Shown here: positions 29,328 to 39,487 of the stretch, piece after piece
Layout: each line of letters starts with the position of its first letter
Numbering within the stretch: the first letter of the stretch is position 1
Source: an uncultured delta proteobacterium
GTDB lineage: Bacteria > Myxococcota > Myxococcia > Myxococcales > Myxococcaceae
Length of the DNA stretch: 64,000 bases
Assembly: GCA_963713045.1 (NCBI GenBank)
Contig: CAVQKE010000001.1
Span: forward strand, 689,893 to 753,892
Reading direction: 5' to 3'
Translations under genes and position numbers: made by a program
Notes under the pieces: model-generated
Databases searched by the model: none
Told to the model about the DNA's origin: nothing
The model's input: the letters and a program-made list of their open reading frames with translations, nothing else

Positions 29328-30891
29328 ATGACGGCACCGCCCATGCCCCTTTCCCGCCGCCTCTCGGGCGTGCTTCTGCCGGTTTTTTCGCTGCGTTCGC
29401 ACACCGACTACGGGGTGGGCGATTTCGGCGCGGCCGAGGGCCTGTTTGCGTGGTTGGCCGCCGCCGGTCAGCGGCTGTGGATGATGCTTCCGCTGCTGCC
29501 CACCACCGCCGGCGACCCCAGCCCCTACGCCACCAGCGGCGCTTTCGGCCTTAACCCCCTCTTCATTCACCTGGACTGGCTGGAGGAATACCGCGCCGCA
29601 GGCGGCCTGCGCCTTCTGTCGGCCCGGCAGGCCCAGGCCCTGCTGGAGGCGCGGGCCGCCCCACGCATCCGCTACGACATCGTCTTCCAGTTGAAACGCG
29701 CCGCGCTGTCGGCGGCCTTCACCCAAGGGGAAGCCCACTCGGGCGAGCGCGGAGAGGCCTTCCAGCGCTTCCGCGAGGCCCAGGCCAGCTGGCTCGAGGA
29801 CCATGCCCTCTTCACTGCCCTGACCGAGGAGCAGCAGCAGAAGCCGTGGTGGGACTGGCCGGACCCGCTGGCGCAGCGTGAGTCGGACGCGCTGGCCGCC
29901 GCCCGCGCCCGACTGGCGACCCCCATTCGCTTCCATGCCTGGCTGCAATGGGTGGCGCATGAGCAGTGGGCCCGCGTCCGCGCCGCGGCCCAGGCCCGCG
30001 GAATCCTCCTGCGGGGATGAGCCCTTCATCGTTGGCAATGACAGTGTGGATGCCTGGGCCTACCCCACCCTGTTGCGCCGGGATGCGCGGCTGGGCGTCC
30101 CCCCGGATGCCTTCTCGGCCACCGGGCAGGACTGGGGGCTTCCCTGGTTTGACTTTCCGGCGATGGAGCGAGAGGACTTTCGTTGGCTTCGTTCTCGCGC
30201 CGGCCAGAGCGCCACGTACTATGACTTGCGTAGGGTCGACCATGCCGTCGGCTACTTTCGCCAGTGGATTCGCGACCAGACGACGCCCACCGGACGCTTC
30301 GTCCCGGCCGACGAGCCGGCGCAGGCCGCCCTGGGGGAAGTCCTCTTCGGAATTCTGGGGACTGGGGCCGGACTGATTGCCGAGGACCTCGGCGTCATCC
30401 CGCCCTGGGTGCGCCAGACGCTGGAACGACACCGCATTCCCGGCTACCGGGTCCTGCGCTGGGAGCGGGACGGCGCCGTGTTTCGAGACCCCACCGCCTT
30501 TCCGGCGGTGTCGCTCGCGACCACTGGAACGCACGACACCGAGACACTTCGCGAGTGGTGGGAGACCGTCAGCGAGGCCGAGCGAGTGGCGGTGGCAGAG
30601 GCTTACCAGGCCTTCGCCGGCTTGCGTCCGCCGCCGGCTTCCTTCAGCCCGCAGGTGCAGGACGCGCTTTTGGAGACGGTGCAAACCGCCAGCTCGCAGC
30701 TGTGCGTCGTCCCCTGGCAGGACGTCCTGGGCCTCGGCGACCGCATCAACCTGCCGGGGACAGTGCAAGAGCAGAACTGGACGTACCGCATCTCGCACCC
30801 GGTGGAGGAGTTGCTGGCACACCCGGACACCTTGGCCGCATCAGAGCGGCTTCGCCGCTTCACCGAACTGGGGATGCGCCTCTCGGCCTAG
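29328..30891 (+). CDS. malQ: 4-alpha-glucanotransferase (GH77); one apparent indel near 30010
   Basis: SGVLLPVFSL, GVGDF, SPY, GDEPF, GVPPDAFSATGQDWG, RVDHAVG, IAEDLG, TGTHD, RINLPG, NWTYR across two frames. Confidence 0.92.
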
Positions 30892-32975
30892 GGGCCATCC
30901 TCCTGGTGCTGCTGGTGGGCTGCGCCGGCGCGCAGCATGGACCGGTGGTGAACGAAATCGCCATCTCCGGCGCGAAGCAAGTCAGCCCCGGGGACCTCGA
31001 GCAGCGCATCGCCACCAACCAAGCCAACTTCTTCTCCCACGTCTTTGGGCCAGTCCCCACCTTCGACCCCACCACCTGGACGGCGGACTTGCGCCGCATT
31101 GAGCGCTACTACCAGTCGCTCGGCTTTTACCAGGCCGAGGTGGTGGACGAGTCGGTGGTGCCGGACAACAAAGGGGGCGTCCGACTCAGCCTCAGCATCG
31201 ACGAAGGCAAGCCCACCCATGTCACCGCGCTCGAGATTGAAGGGCTGGACATTCCCGACGACCTCCGGCGGGGCGTCCTGCGAAAATTGCCGCTGCAGGC
31301 GGGCGACGTCTTTCGCGAGGCGGACTGGGCAGCCCTCAAGACCACGCTGGTGTCGCGGCTGCGCGAACTCGGCTACTCCGACGCGGCAGTGGGCGGCGAG
31401 ACGGACGTCGACGTCAGCAACCAGACGGCGCGGGTCCACGTCATCGTCGACCCCGGGCCGCGGGTGAAATTCGGAAGCATCTTCGTCACCTCCGGGCCGC
31501 ACCCGGAAGTCCGCCCGGAACTCATCATCGCCACCGCACGTCCAGCGGTGCGGCAGGGCACCTGGTTCAGTGACTCCGCCCTGGCCCAGGCCGAGAAGCG
31601 CGTCTTCCAAATGGGCGTCTTCGGCGCGGTGAAGGTGACCGCCGGCACACCGGACGCCGCCACCGGGACGGTGAGCGTCCTCATCGACGTGCGCGAGGCG
31701 CCCTTCCACACCCTGCGGGGTGGGGGCGGGGTGGCGTTTGATCCGGCGCGGCAGGAAGTGCACGCCATCGGGGAATACGTTGACCGCAACTTCCTCGGCG
31801 GCCTGCGCCGGCTGACGCTGAAGGCCGAGGTGGGTTGGGCGGTGCTGCCGGCCATTTGGAACATTCAATTCCAAGGGTTGATGTTCGACTTCCTCGCTCA
31901 GCTGGAGCAGCCCAACTTCTTCGCGCCGACACTGAAGGCCGTGGCCAGCCTCAACATCTACAAGCAGGTGGAAGCCGGTTACGGCTACATCGGCGGCCGC
32001 GGCCGCGTCGGGGTGGTGTGGGAACCCATCCCGCGCCTCGTCCTCTCGCCGACCTACGCCTTCGAGGTGGACCAAGTCACCGGCACCACCACCGGGCTGA
32101 CCGGCGACGTGCCGACGTTGGCCTATGGCTGCAGCACCTCTCCCTGCCTGCAGGTGCTGTCCTATTTGGAGCAGACTGCGGTGTGGGACGCTCGAGACGA
32201 CGTGGTGGATGCCAAACGCGGCTACTACCTGGGCATTTCCTTCCAGGAGTCGGGGCCCTGGCTGGGAAGTGGATTCAATTACATCCGCATTCTTCCCGAG
32301 GCTCGCGGCTACGTCAGCGTGGGCGCCGTCACGCTGGCCGCGCGGTTGATGGTGGGCACCATTCTCCAACCCAACCCCTGCAGCATCAGCGCCGAGGCCA
32401 GCCTCTCCACGCAAAACTGCGACCCGTCCCCCATCGTCAACCGCTTCTTCGCCGGTGGCGCCGGCTCCAACCGCGGCTTCGGAAGCCGCGAGCTGTCGCC
32501 GCTGTTGCCCCTCTCCAACCAGCCGCTGACGCCCGCCCAGGGGGCCGGCAGCTTGGTGGCGCCGGTGGGCGTTCCCGCCGTCTCCACCGGCTACGTCGTG
32601 CCCATTGGGGGCAACGGGCTGCTCGACGCGTCGGTGGAGCTGCGCTGGACGTTTGCCCGCGAGTGGGTGCTGGCCTTCTTCGTCGACGCCGGCTTCGTCA
32701 GCTACGGGGCCTTCAACCTCAACCAGTTGGCCACCACCCAGGTGGCGGTGGGCTTTGGCCTGCGCTACCGGACGCCGGTCGGCTTGTTTCGCCTGGACTT
32801 CGGCTACCGCCTCAACCTGGGCGGCCCGCTTCCCGTCGTTCCACTGCAGCCGGCGGTGGACTACACGAAAAATACCGAATGCATCGCCTTCTCCTCCGTC
32901 GACCACGCGCCCAACTACGCCGGCTCCCCGTGGAGCCGGTGCGCGCTTCACTTCGCCGTCGGAGAGTCCTTCTGA
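30873..32975 (+). CDS. tamA: Omp85-family TamA/TamL-like outer-membrane protein (POTRA domains plus barrel); start unresolved
   Basis: Lipobox-like LLVGC, POTRA motifs (YQSLGF, ELGY, QMGVF), RFFAGG..SNRGF, FVDAG, GFGLRYRTPVG..RLD, C-terminal GESF. The nearest ATG (30874) is out of frame. Confidence 0.85.
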   Translation, partial: DAPLGLGAILLVLLVGCAGAQHGPVVNEIAISGAKQVSPGDLEQRIATNQANFFSHVFGPVPTFDPTTWTADLRRIERYYQSLGFYQAEVVDESVVPDNKGGVRLSLSIDEGKPTHVTALEIEGLDIPDDLRRGVLRKLPLQAGDVFREADWAALKTTLVSRLRELGYSDAAVGGETDVDVSNQTARVHVIVDPGPRVKFGSIFVTSGPHPEVRPELIIATARPAVRQGTWFSDSALAQAEKRVFQMGVFGAVKVTAGTPDAATGTVSVLIDVREAPFHTLRGGGGVAFDPARQEVHAIGEYVDRNFLGGLRRLTLKAEVGWAVLPAIWNIQFQGLMFDFLAQLEQPNFFAPTLKAVASLNIYKQVEAGYGYIGGRGRVGVVWEPIPRLVLSPTYAFEVDQVTGTTTGLTGDVPTLAYGCSTSPCLQVLSYLEQTAVWDARDDVVDAKRGYYLGISFQESGPWLGSGFNYIRILPEARGYVSVGAVTLAARLMVGTILQPNPCSISAEASLSTQNCDPSPIVNRFFAGGAGSNRGFGSRELSPLLPLSNQPLTPAQGAGSLVAPVGVPAVSTGYVVPIGGNGLLDASVELRWTFAREWVLAFFVDAGFVSYGAFNLNQLATTQVAVGFGLRYRTPVGLFRLDFGYRLNLGGPLPVVPLQPAVDYTKNTECIAFSSVDHAPNYAGSPWSRCALHFAVGESF

Positions 32976-32976
32976 G

Positions 32977-35900
32977 GTGACTTCCGCTCCTCCCAAGTCG
33001 CTTCCGACGTTGGCCCGTCACCTGGGGCGGGCCGCCCTCCTGCTGGGCGCGCTCGGCCTGAGCGTCGTTGTCCTTTTTCTGGCAGCGCTGCTTTACGTCC
33101 AAACGCCGGCCGGGACGCGGCGACTGCTCGACCTCGGGCTCGGTGCGGCCAACAACGCCATCGCCGGGCGGGTGGAGGCGCGCAGCGTCACCATCCACGG
33201 CACCCAAATTCTCATCCGGGGCGCTTCCCTGTTGGACCCGGAAGGCGCGCGGGTGGCCTTCATCGAAGAGGCGGAGGTGCAAATCGAGTGGGCCGCGCTG
33301 CTGCAGGGCCACATCGAGGCGCGGACGCTCCTGCTGCGCCAGCCTGAGCTGTCGGTGGTGGTGGACGCCGAGGGCTCCAACCTCGACCGCACCTTCGCCC
33401 CCCGCTACCCCGGGCCGCCGGACACCGGCGGAAAGCCGGTGCCACTCACCTTCGTTGTCCACCGCCTTCACCTGGAGGAGGGCCGCCTCCACGTCAAGAC
33501 GCCCGACGGGCCGCCCTTCCTCGCGCAGGCGTTGGTCCTCGACGGCAGCGGCCGCTATGCCCTGCGCTCGCAGGCCTTCCAGCTGGACGTGCGTGGCAAT
33601 GGGGCGGCGGACTCGCCGACGCCTGGACCGCTCAGCGTCGCCGTGCGCGGCGAGGGCAGCGCCCGGGGGCAGTCGGCGGAGGTGGACATTCGCGCCGCCG
33701 GAGCGAGCCTGGTGGCCGACCTGCGCTTCGGCGGGGAAGTGGGCCTGGCCGGCCACGTGGCGTTGGATGTCGCGCCCAACCTTGGCCGGGCCCTGGTACG
33801 TGGCTGGCCGCTGCGGGTGCCGCTGTCCCTGACTGGAGAGGCGCAGCGCGAGGGCGAAGGCTACCGCATCGCGCTGCAAGCGGCGGCGGGAAAGGCCCGG
33901 CTTGAGCTGCGGGCACAGATGGACCTGCAACAGACGACGGCCCATGGCTTGGACTTGCAGCTACAGCATGTGGACGCCGCGGAGCTTTTCGGCCGCGGGC
34001 CCAAGAGCGACTTCAGTGCTCGCCTGCAGGGCAGCGTCCGCGGCAATTCGCTGGCCAGCGCGCGCGGAACGCTCGAGCTGGCCGTCCCGGCCAGTCGCGT
34101 CCGCGGGGCACAGGTGGGCCCGGTCCAAGTGTCGCTTCGTCTGGACGCCGGGCGCCTGGACGTCCCCTCGCTGCGGGCCGTCCTCCCCGGCCTTCAGCTG
34201 CAAGGCAGCGGGCATGGGACGACGCACTCCCTGGAGGGCACGCTGCAACTCGAGGTGGCGGACTTGCACGCGTTGGGTGACACCCTGGGCGAGTTGTCCG
34301 ACGGCTTTCCGCGCCTGGCCGGGCAAGGCATGGTGCGCCTGACGCTGTCCGGACACCCGGCCCACCCCGGCGTGGAGGCCGAGGGCGACTTTCCCCGCCT
34401 GCAGGTGGGCCCACTGTCGGCACAGGCGCTGCGTTTCGGCCTTCAGCTGAAGGACCTCTCACAACCTCTGGACGCCATCGCCACCGTGGAGGCAGAGGCC
34501 CTGGGGCTGGGCTCGCGCCTACTGCGGGACGTCCACGCCACCCTCGGCCATGAAGGCCGTGCGGTGCAGCTACAGCTGTTTGCGGCGGGCCCGGTGCAGC
34601 TGACGCTGGCCGGAACGGCGGACGGCGATGGCCGGGGACTGCGGGTGGAGACGCTTGTTGTGCGCTTCCCAGAAGAAGCATTCAGCCTGGCGGCGCCGGC
34701 AGCGGTGCGCTTCGGGGAGGCGCGCTTTGAGACACAACCGCTGCGCCTGCTTTCCGACCAGCAAGCCCTCAGCTTCAGCGTCCAAAAGGCCCAAGCCCAG
34801 CTGGAAGCGCAGCTGGAGGTGGCCCGACTGGACTTGGCGCGCCTGCCGGCGCTGGTGGCGCCCGCTTCCTGGGGCCTGGCGGGAGTGCTGGACGCGACGG
34901 CTTCGTTGCACGGAGAGGCAAGCCACCCGGACGTCACCCTGTCTGCCAACCTCGCCGAAGGCGGCTGGCACGGACTGTCCGGCCTTCAGGCCCACCTGGA
35001 GGGACAACGCACCAAGGGCCAGCTGACACTGCAAGGCCACCTGCAGGCCTTGGGAAGCGCCTTGGACGTGGACTTCCAGGGACCGGAGCTGGCGTTGTCC
35101 CAGCGCCTTCACCGCCCGCTGGCGCTTCACCTCGCCATGACGGACGTCGACGTGGGAGGCGCCCTGTGTCAGTTGGCCAAAGCCCAGGTGTGGAATTCCG
35201 GTTGCCCGGCCGGCGAGGCTGCGGTGCGCGGGCGCGCCAGCCTGCAGCTGGCGGTGGACGGCTTTGCCGACGGGCCCAGCATCCATTTTGTGTTGCGCAC
35301 CACGGACGTCGCCGCTGGTGGGCTGAGCGCGGCCGAGGGGACGCTGAGGTTGCAGGGGGACGCGGAAACGCCGGTGACGGCGACGCTGTCGGCCAAGGCG
35401 CTGCAGGGCGACGTCCAGGCCCAAGTTTCCCTGGCCTCGACCAGCACCCAGCTGCTGCTCCGGCGACGCACCTGGGAGGGCTGGCGGACGCTGCCCGTCC
35501 AGGCAGACGTCCACGCCTCGGGCCTGCGGCTTGCGACGCTGCACCAGGCGAAGCTTGTCTCAGCGGACCTCCAGGGCGTGGCCCAGCTGGCAGTGTCGGC
35601 CAGCGGCACGCTGGGCGCGCCCCGGGGCACGGCGGATGTCGAGGTGCACGCGCTGGCCCTTCCACCCTGGCCGGTGCTGGACGTCCACCTCAGCGTGCAG
35701 GCCGCCGAAACGGTGCAGGCACGCCTCAGCTTGGTCGGCCCGGATGAAGAGAAGGGCAGCGTCCAGCTGCGGGTGGAGGCGCCGCTGGCCCGGCTGGTCG
35801 CCGGTGCCTCGCCGGAGGCGCTGGCCGAGGCTGGACTCTCGCTGCAGGGCGATGTCGGTCCCTTCAACCTGAGAGAGATGCCCTTCAACGTCAACCGCTT

Positions 35901-37572
35901 GCGGCGCGACCGGCGCCAGCTGGACGGGAAGCTGCAGGTGCAGTTTGAGGGCAAAGGGACGTTGTTGGCCCCGACCCTGACGGCCACCCTTCAGGCCACC
36001 AACCTCGGGCCGAGCGGCGGCGCCCACTTCGAAGGGAAGGCCAAGGCACGCTACGCCGACGGCCAGGGCGCGGTGGCGGTCCAGCTGCAATCGGCCAGCG
36101 GCGGAACGCTCGACATCGACGGCACCGTGCATCTGGACCTGGGCCTGCCCAGCCTCCGGCGGGGCCTTCACCTTTTTGAGGCACCCCTTCAGGCGAAGCT
36201 GCATTCGGTGCGCTTCGAGCCGGACTTCGTGGCCGCCTTCATTCCGTCGCTGCGCAGCATCAGCGGCCAACTACAGCTGGAGGCACAGGCCGACGGCACG
36301 CTGGGACGCCCGCAGCTGCAAGGCAGCGTGGCGTGGAAGGACGGAGCACTGGGCATCATCGGCTTCGGGCTGTACCAGGACATCCAGCTGCGGGCCTCGG
36401 CCACCAACCAGCGCTTCTCCATTGAGGAATTGTTCACCCGGGTGCAGGGCGGCACCGTCGCGCTACAGCTGCAAGGGGAGCGAGCCGCGGAGGGCTTCCA
36501 GCTGTCCGGCACGCTGCGCGCCAAGGACTTTCCCGTCGTCCTGGACGACCAGCTGTGGTGCATCGCGACGCTGTCGGCGGAGTTACACGGCCTGGCGCGG
36601 CCCTGGGAATTGGACTTGCGGCCGGTCGTCCTCTCGCAGGTCGAGGTGCAGCTTCCCGAAGTGCGACGCAAAAACCTCCAGGACTTGAACCCGCCGCCGG
36701 ACGTCATCCTCACCCGCAACGGGGTGCCCCTCGACGCTGGCAAGGCACTTCGCGCGCTGGCGTTGGACCCGCGGCGCCGCACGGGGGCCGCGAGCCCGGG
36801 TGCCTCCTCCGCGGAGGGCGTCTTCCTCCGGCTGTCCCTGCAGACGCCCCAGCCGGTGTGGGTGCGGAGCAAGGACGTCACGCTGGAGCTGACGCTGTCC
36901 AACCCCTTCACCGTGGCCTTGGGAGGGCAGACGGACATCCACGGTGAGGTGCGCCTGCTGCAGGGCCGGGGCGACGTCTGGGGGCGCCGCTTCGAGGTGC
37001 AGTCTGGTGGCCAGGTGCGCTTCGCCGGCCTTCCGCAACAGGGGCTGCTGGATGTGACGGGCGTCTACAGCAGCGTCCTCAGCCAGGCCAAGGTGTACAT
37101 GCACCTCTCGGGGGAAATCAGCAACGCCAAGCTGACGCCATCGAGCGAGCCGCCGATGTCGGAAACAGAAATCTACACGCTGCTTGCCACCGGACGGACG
37201 TCGCTGACCCAAAGTAGCCTCGGCAGCAGCACCAGCGTCGGCGGTGGGGAAGCCGGGGCCTCCGTTTTGGGTTCTTGGGCTGCCACCCAGCTGAAGACGG
37301 CCGTCGGGGTGGCGCTGCCCATCGACGTGCTGTCGGTCGAGGTGGGCAGTGATGAACGCGGCGTCAACCAGACCCGGCTGGAGGCGGGGAAGTACCTCAA
37401 CGATGACATCTACATTGGCTACCAAGCGCGTACCAACGCGGACCCCTTCCGCTACCAAAATGCCAACGCCATCCGGGTCGAGTACCGTTTTCTCCGCCGG
37501 TGGAGCTTGCAGCTTGAATATGGAGACGCCAACGCTGGCTCGCTGGACGCGGTCTGGTCACGCGACTACTAA
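32977..37572 (+). CDS. tamB: TamB/AsmA-like translocation and assembly module protein (about 1530 aa)
   Basis: N-terminal TM anchor, long beta-rich repeats, DUF490-like C-terminus (SSEPPMSETEIYTLLATG, GKYLNDDIYIGY, VEYRF); starts 1 bp after the tamA stop. Confidence 0.9.
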   Translation: MTSAPPKSLPTLARHLGRAALLLGALGLSVVVLFLAALLYVQTPAGTRRLLDLGLGAANNAIAGRVEARSVTIHGTQILIRGASLLDPEGARVAFIEEAEVQIEWAALLQGHIEARTLLLRQPELSVVVDAEGSNLDRTFAPRYPGPPDTGGKPVPLTFVVHRLHLEEGRLHVKTPDGPPFLAQALVLDGSGRYALRSQAFQLDVRGNGAADSPTPGPLSVAVRGEGSARGQSAEVDIRAAGASLVADLRFGGEVGLAGHVALDVAPNLGRALVRGWPLRVPLSLTGEAQREGEGYRIALQAAAGKARLELRAQMDLQQTTAHGLDLQLQHVDAAELFGRGPKSDFSARLQGSVRGNSLASARGTLELAVPASRVRGAQVGPVQVSLRLDAGRLDVPSLRAVLPGLQLQGSGHGTTHSLEGTLQLEVADLHALGDTLGELSDGFPRLAGQGMVRLTLSGHPAHPGVEAEGDFPRLQVGPLSAQALRFGLQLKDLSQPLDAIATVEAEALGLGSRLLRDVHATLGHEGRAVQLQLFAAGPVQLTLAGTADGDGRGLRVETLVVRFPEEAFSLAAPAAVRFGEARFETQPLRLLSDQQALSFSVQKAQAQLEAQLEVARLDLARLPALVAPASWGLAGVLDATASLHGEASHPDVTLSANLAEGGWHGLSGLQAHLEGQRTKGQLTLQGHLQALGSALDVDFQGPELALSQRLHRPLALHLAMTDVDVGGALCQLAKAQVWNSGCPAGEAAVRGRASLQLAVDGFADGPSIHFVLRTTDVAAGGLSAAEGTLRLQGDAETPVTATLSAKALQGDVQAQVSLASTSTQLLLRRRTWEGWRTLPVQADVHASGLRLATLHQAKLVSADLQGVAQLAVSASGTLGAPRGTADVEVHALALPPWPVLDVHLSVQAAETVQARLSLVGPDEEKGSVQLRVEAPLARLVAGASPEALAEAGLSLQGDVGPFNLREMPFNVNRLRRDRRQLDGKLQVQFEGKGTLLAPTLTATLQATNLGPSGGAHFEGKAKARYADGQGAVAVQLQSASGGTLDIDGTVHLDLGLPSLRRGLHLFEAPLQAKLHSVRFEPDFVAAFIPSLRSISGQLQLEAQADGTLGRPQLQGSVAWKDGALGIIGFGLYQDIQLRASATNQRFSIEELFTRVQGGTVALQLQGERAAEGFQLSGTLRAKDFPVVLDDQLWCIATLSAELHGLARPWELDLRPVVLSQVEVQLPEVRRKNLQDLNPPPDVILTRNGVPLDAGKALRALALDPRRRTGAASPGASSAEGVFLRLSLQTPQPVWVRSKDVTLELTLSNPFTVALGGQTDIHGEVRLLQGRGDVWGRRFEVQSGGQVRFAGLPQQGLLDVTGVYSSVLSQAKVYMHLSGEISNAKLTPSSEPPMSETEIYTLLATGRTSLTQSSLGSSTSVGGGEAGASVLGSWAATQLKTAVGVALPIDVLSVEVGSDERGVNQTRLEAGKYLNDDIYIGYQARTNADPFRYQNANAIRVEYRFLRRWSLQLEYGDANAGSLDAVWSRDY

Positions 37573-37581
37573 GGGCCGCTC

Positions 37582-38304
37582 ATGAATGTTTCCTGGTTGG
37601 TGTGGGCGCAGGTGCAAGGCTCCTCGCTCGGATGGCTCACGAGCAAGCTGCTGAGGCTGACCCTCGGCTCCGCCGAGTGGGTGCTGTGGCTGTTGGTGGC
37701 GCTCTCGGTGGTGTCCTTCGCAGTCATGCTGGAGCGGGCGGTCTTCTTCAGCTCGCAGCGCTTGCGCCACGGCGAGCAACTGGCCGACTGGCTGGCGCAG
37801 GGGGAATTGGACCGGGCGGCCCGAGCGCTGGAAGGGCAGACGGGGATGGAGGCGGTGGTGGTGCGGGAAATGTTGGGAGCGGCTTCTCAGGGCGCGGACA
37901 CGGTGGAGGAAGTCATGCTCAGCGTGCTGGCCCGCGAACGGGCACGCTATGAGAGGTTTCTCTCCTTCCTCGGCACCCTGGGAAGCAACGCCCCCTTCGT
38001 CGGACTCTTCGGGACGGTGCTGGGCATCATCAAGGCCTTCAACGACTTGGGCGCGGTCGCGCTGAAGGGCAGCGCCATCCAACAGACGGTGATGGCCGGC
38101 ATCTCCGAGGCGCTGGTGGCGACTGCGGTGGGCCTGGGCGTCGCCATCCCCGCGGTGGTGGCCTACAACGGCTTCACCCGCTGGTTGAAGACGCTGGTCA
38201 ACCGGAGCCAAGCGCTGGGCTATGCCCTGGTGGGCGCGATGCGGGCCCAGGCCGAGGCAGCCCAACCGGGCCGGGCGGCTTCTGGCGTGGCCAAGGGCAG
38301 CTGA
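37582..38304 (+). CDS. exbB: MotA/TolQ/ExbB proton channel
   Basis: LGTLGSNAPFVGLFGTVLGII, GISEALVATAVGL.VAIPA..AYN. Confidence 0.92.
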   Translation: MNVSWLVWAQVQGSSLGWLTSKLLRLTLGSAEWVLWLLVALSVVSFAVMLERAVFFSSQRLRHGEQLADWLAQGELDRAARALEGQTGMEAVVVREMLGAASQGADTVEEVMLSVLARERARYERFLSFLGTLGSNAPFVGLFGTVLGIIKAFNDLGAVALKGSAIQQTVMAGISEALVATAVGLGVAIPAVVAYNGFTRWLKTLVNRSQALGYALVGAMRAQAEAAQPGRAASGVAKGS

Positions 38305-38747
38305 TGGCGGCGCAGCTTCAAGACAGCGGTGACGATGAGATTACCGGCATCAACGTCACCCCCTTGGTGGACGTGGTGTTGGTGCTGCTCATCATTTTCA
38401 TGGTGACGGCCAACTTCATCGTCCGCGAGACAATGGAGGTGGACCTCCCCAAGGCGGCCAATGCCGGCGAAACGGTGCAGGGCCTGTTGGCGGTGGTGAT
38501 GGACCGACAGGGCCGCCTCTTCCTCGATGGGGAGGAAGTGTCCGAGGCACAGCTGCGGGTGAAGGTCGCCGACAGCGTGAAGCGGGACGCCGAGACGCGC
38601 GCCATCCTCAGCGCGGACCAAGCCCTCCCCTACGGCGAGGTGATGCACCTCATCGACGTGGTGAAAGGCGAGGGGGTGTCCCGCTTCGCCCTCAACATTG
38701 AAAAGGACGCGCGCTCCCGCGCTGCGGGAGGCCCCGGAGCGCCGTGA
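38304..38747 (+). CDS. exbD: ExbD/TolR
   Basis: INVTPLVDVVLVLLIIFMV (conserved TM Asp), VDLPKA, ADQ..PYG; TGATG overlap with exbB. Confidence 0.92.
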   Translation: MAAQLQDSGDDEITGINVTPLVDVVLVLLIIFMVTANFIVRETMEVDLPKAANAGETVQGLLAVVMDRQGRLFLDGEEVSEAQLRVKVADSVKRDAETRAILSADQALPYGEVMHLIDVVKGEGVSRFALNIEKDARSRAAGGPGAP

Positions 38748-39487
38748 CTGCAGCCGTGGTGCCGCTCGCCGCACCGCTGCGGCGGAACTGGCTGTGGCTC
38801 TTTCTTGCAGCCTCTCTCGGCCTGCACGCCTTGGGCCTGGTGCTGGCCGCGCGCGCCAAGCCTTCACCCTTTCCCCTTGGGCCGCGGCCTTCGGAAGTGG
38901 TGGTGGTGGAGGTGGAGCCACCGCGGCCGCACCCCGCGGAGCCGCCGCCCCACACCGAGCCGCGCTTTCGCCCGAAGGCCTCGGCCCTCGCCCCAAGGAC
39001 GCCGGCCCGGGCGAAGGCCCCCCCGCCCAACGACACCGCCCCGCCGGCCCCGGGCCCACCCCCGCCGGTGGTGGTCGGCCTCACCCTCGAGTCGACCACC
39101 GCCGCGGCCACGGTGGCTGTCCCGGTGGGAAACACGCTGATGGGACGGCCCAACGTGCCCGCGACGGCGCCCAGCAGCGTCCGGCCAGGCTACGCGCCGC
39201 TGTACCTGGTGGACACCCAGCCCGAGCTGTTGGAGGAGATTAACGGGGAGGACGTCTACCCCGCCCCGGCGCGGAAACTGGGGATTGAAGGCCAGGTGGT
39301 CCTGGAAATTACGGTGGACGCCGATGGGCGCGTCAGCGCGGCGCGGGTGGTGTCCGGCCCGGGCCACGGCCTCAACGAAGCCGCCCAGGGCGCCGTCCTT
39401 CGGGCGCGCTTCAAGCCGGCCACCAAGGCTGGAAAGCCGGTCGCCACCGACTTGCGCTACACCTACACCTTCGCCCTCAACCAGTGA
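38744..39487 (+). CDS. tonB: TonB energy transducer
   Basis: TM helix with S-xxx-H (ASLGLH), Pro-rich linker, YP..ARKLGIEGQV C-domain; GTGA overlap with exbD. Confidence 0.9.
   Translation: MTAAVVPLAAPLRRNWLWLFLAASLGLHALGLVLAARAKPSPFPLGPRPSEVVVVEVEPPRPHPAEPPPHTEPRFRPKASALAPRTPARAKAPPPNDTAPPAPGPPPPVVVGLTLESTTAAATVAVPVGNTLMGRPNVPATAPSSVRPGYAPLYLVDTQPELLEEINGEDVYPAPARKLGIEGQVVLEITVDADGRVSAARVVSGPGHGLNEAAQGAVLRARFKPATKAGKPVATDLRYTYTFALNQ

Noticed and set aside
37582..39487. AglRQS gliding motor or Tol-Pal assignment
   Set aside because: There is only one ExbD/TolR gene, no tolB/pal, and the third gene has a typical TonB C-domain.
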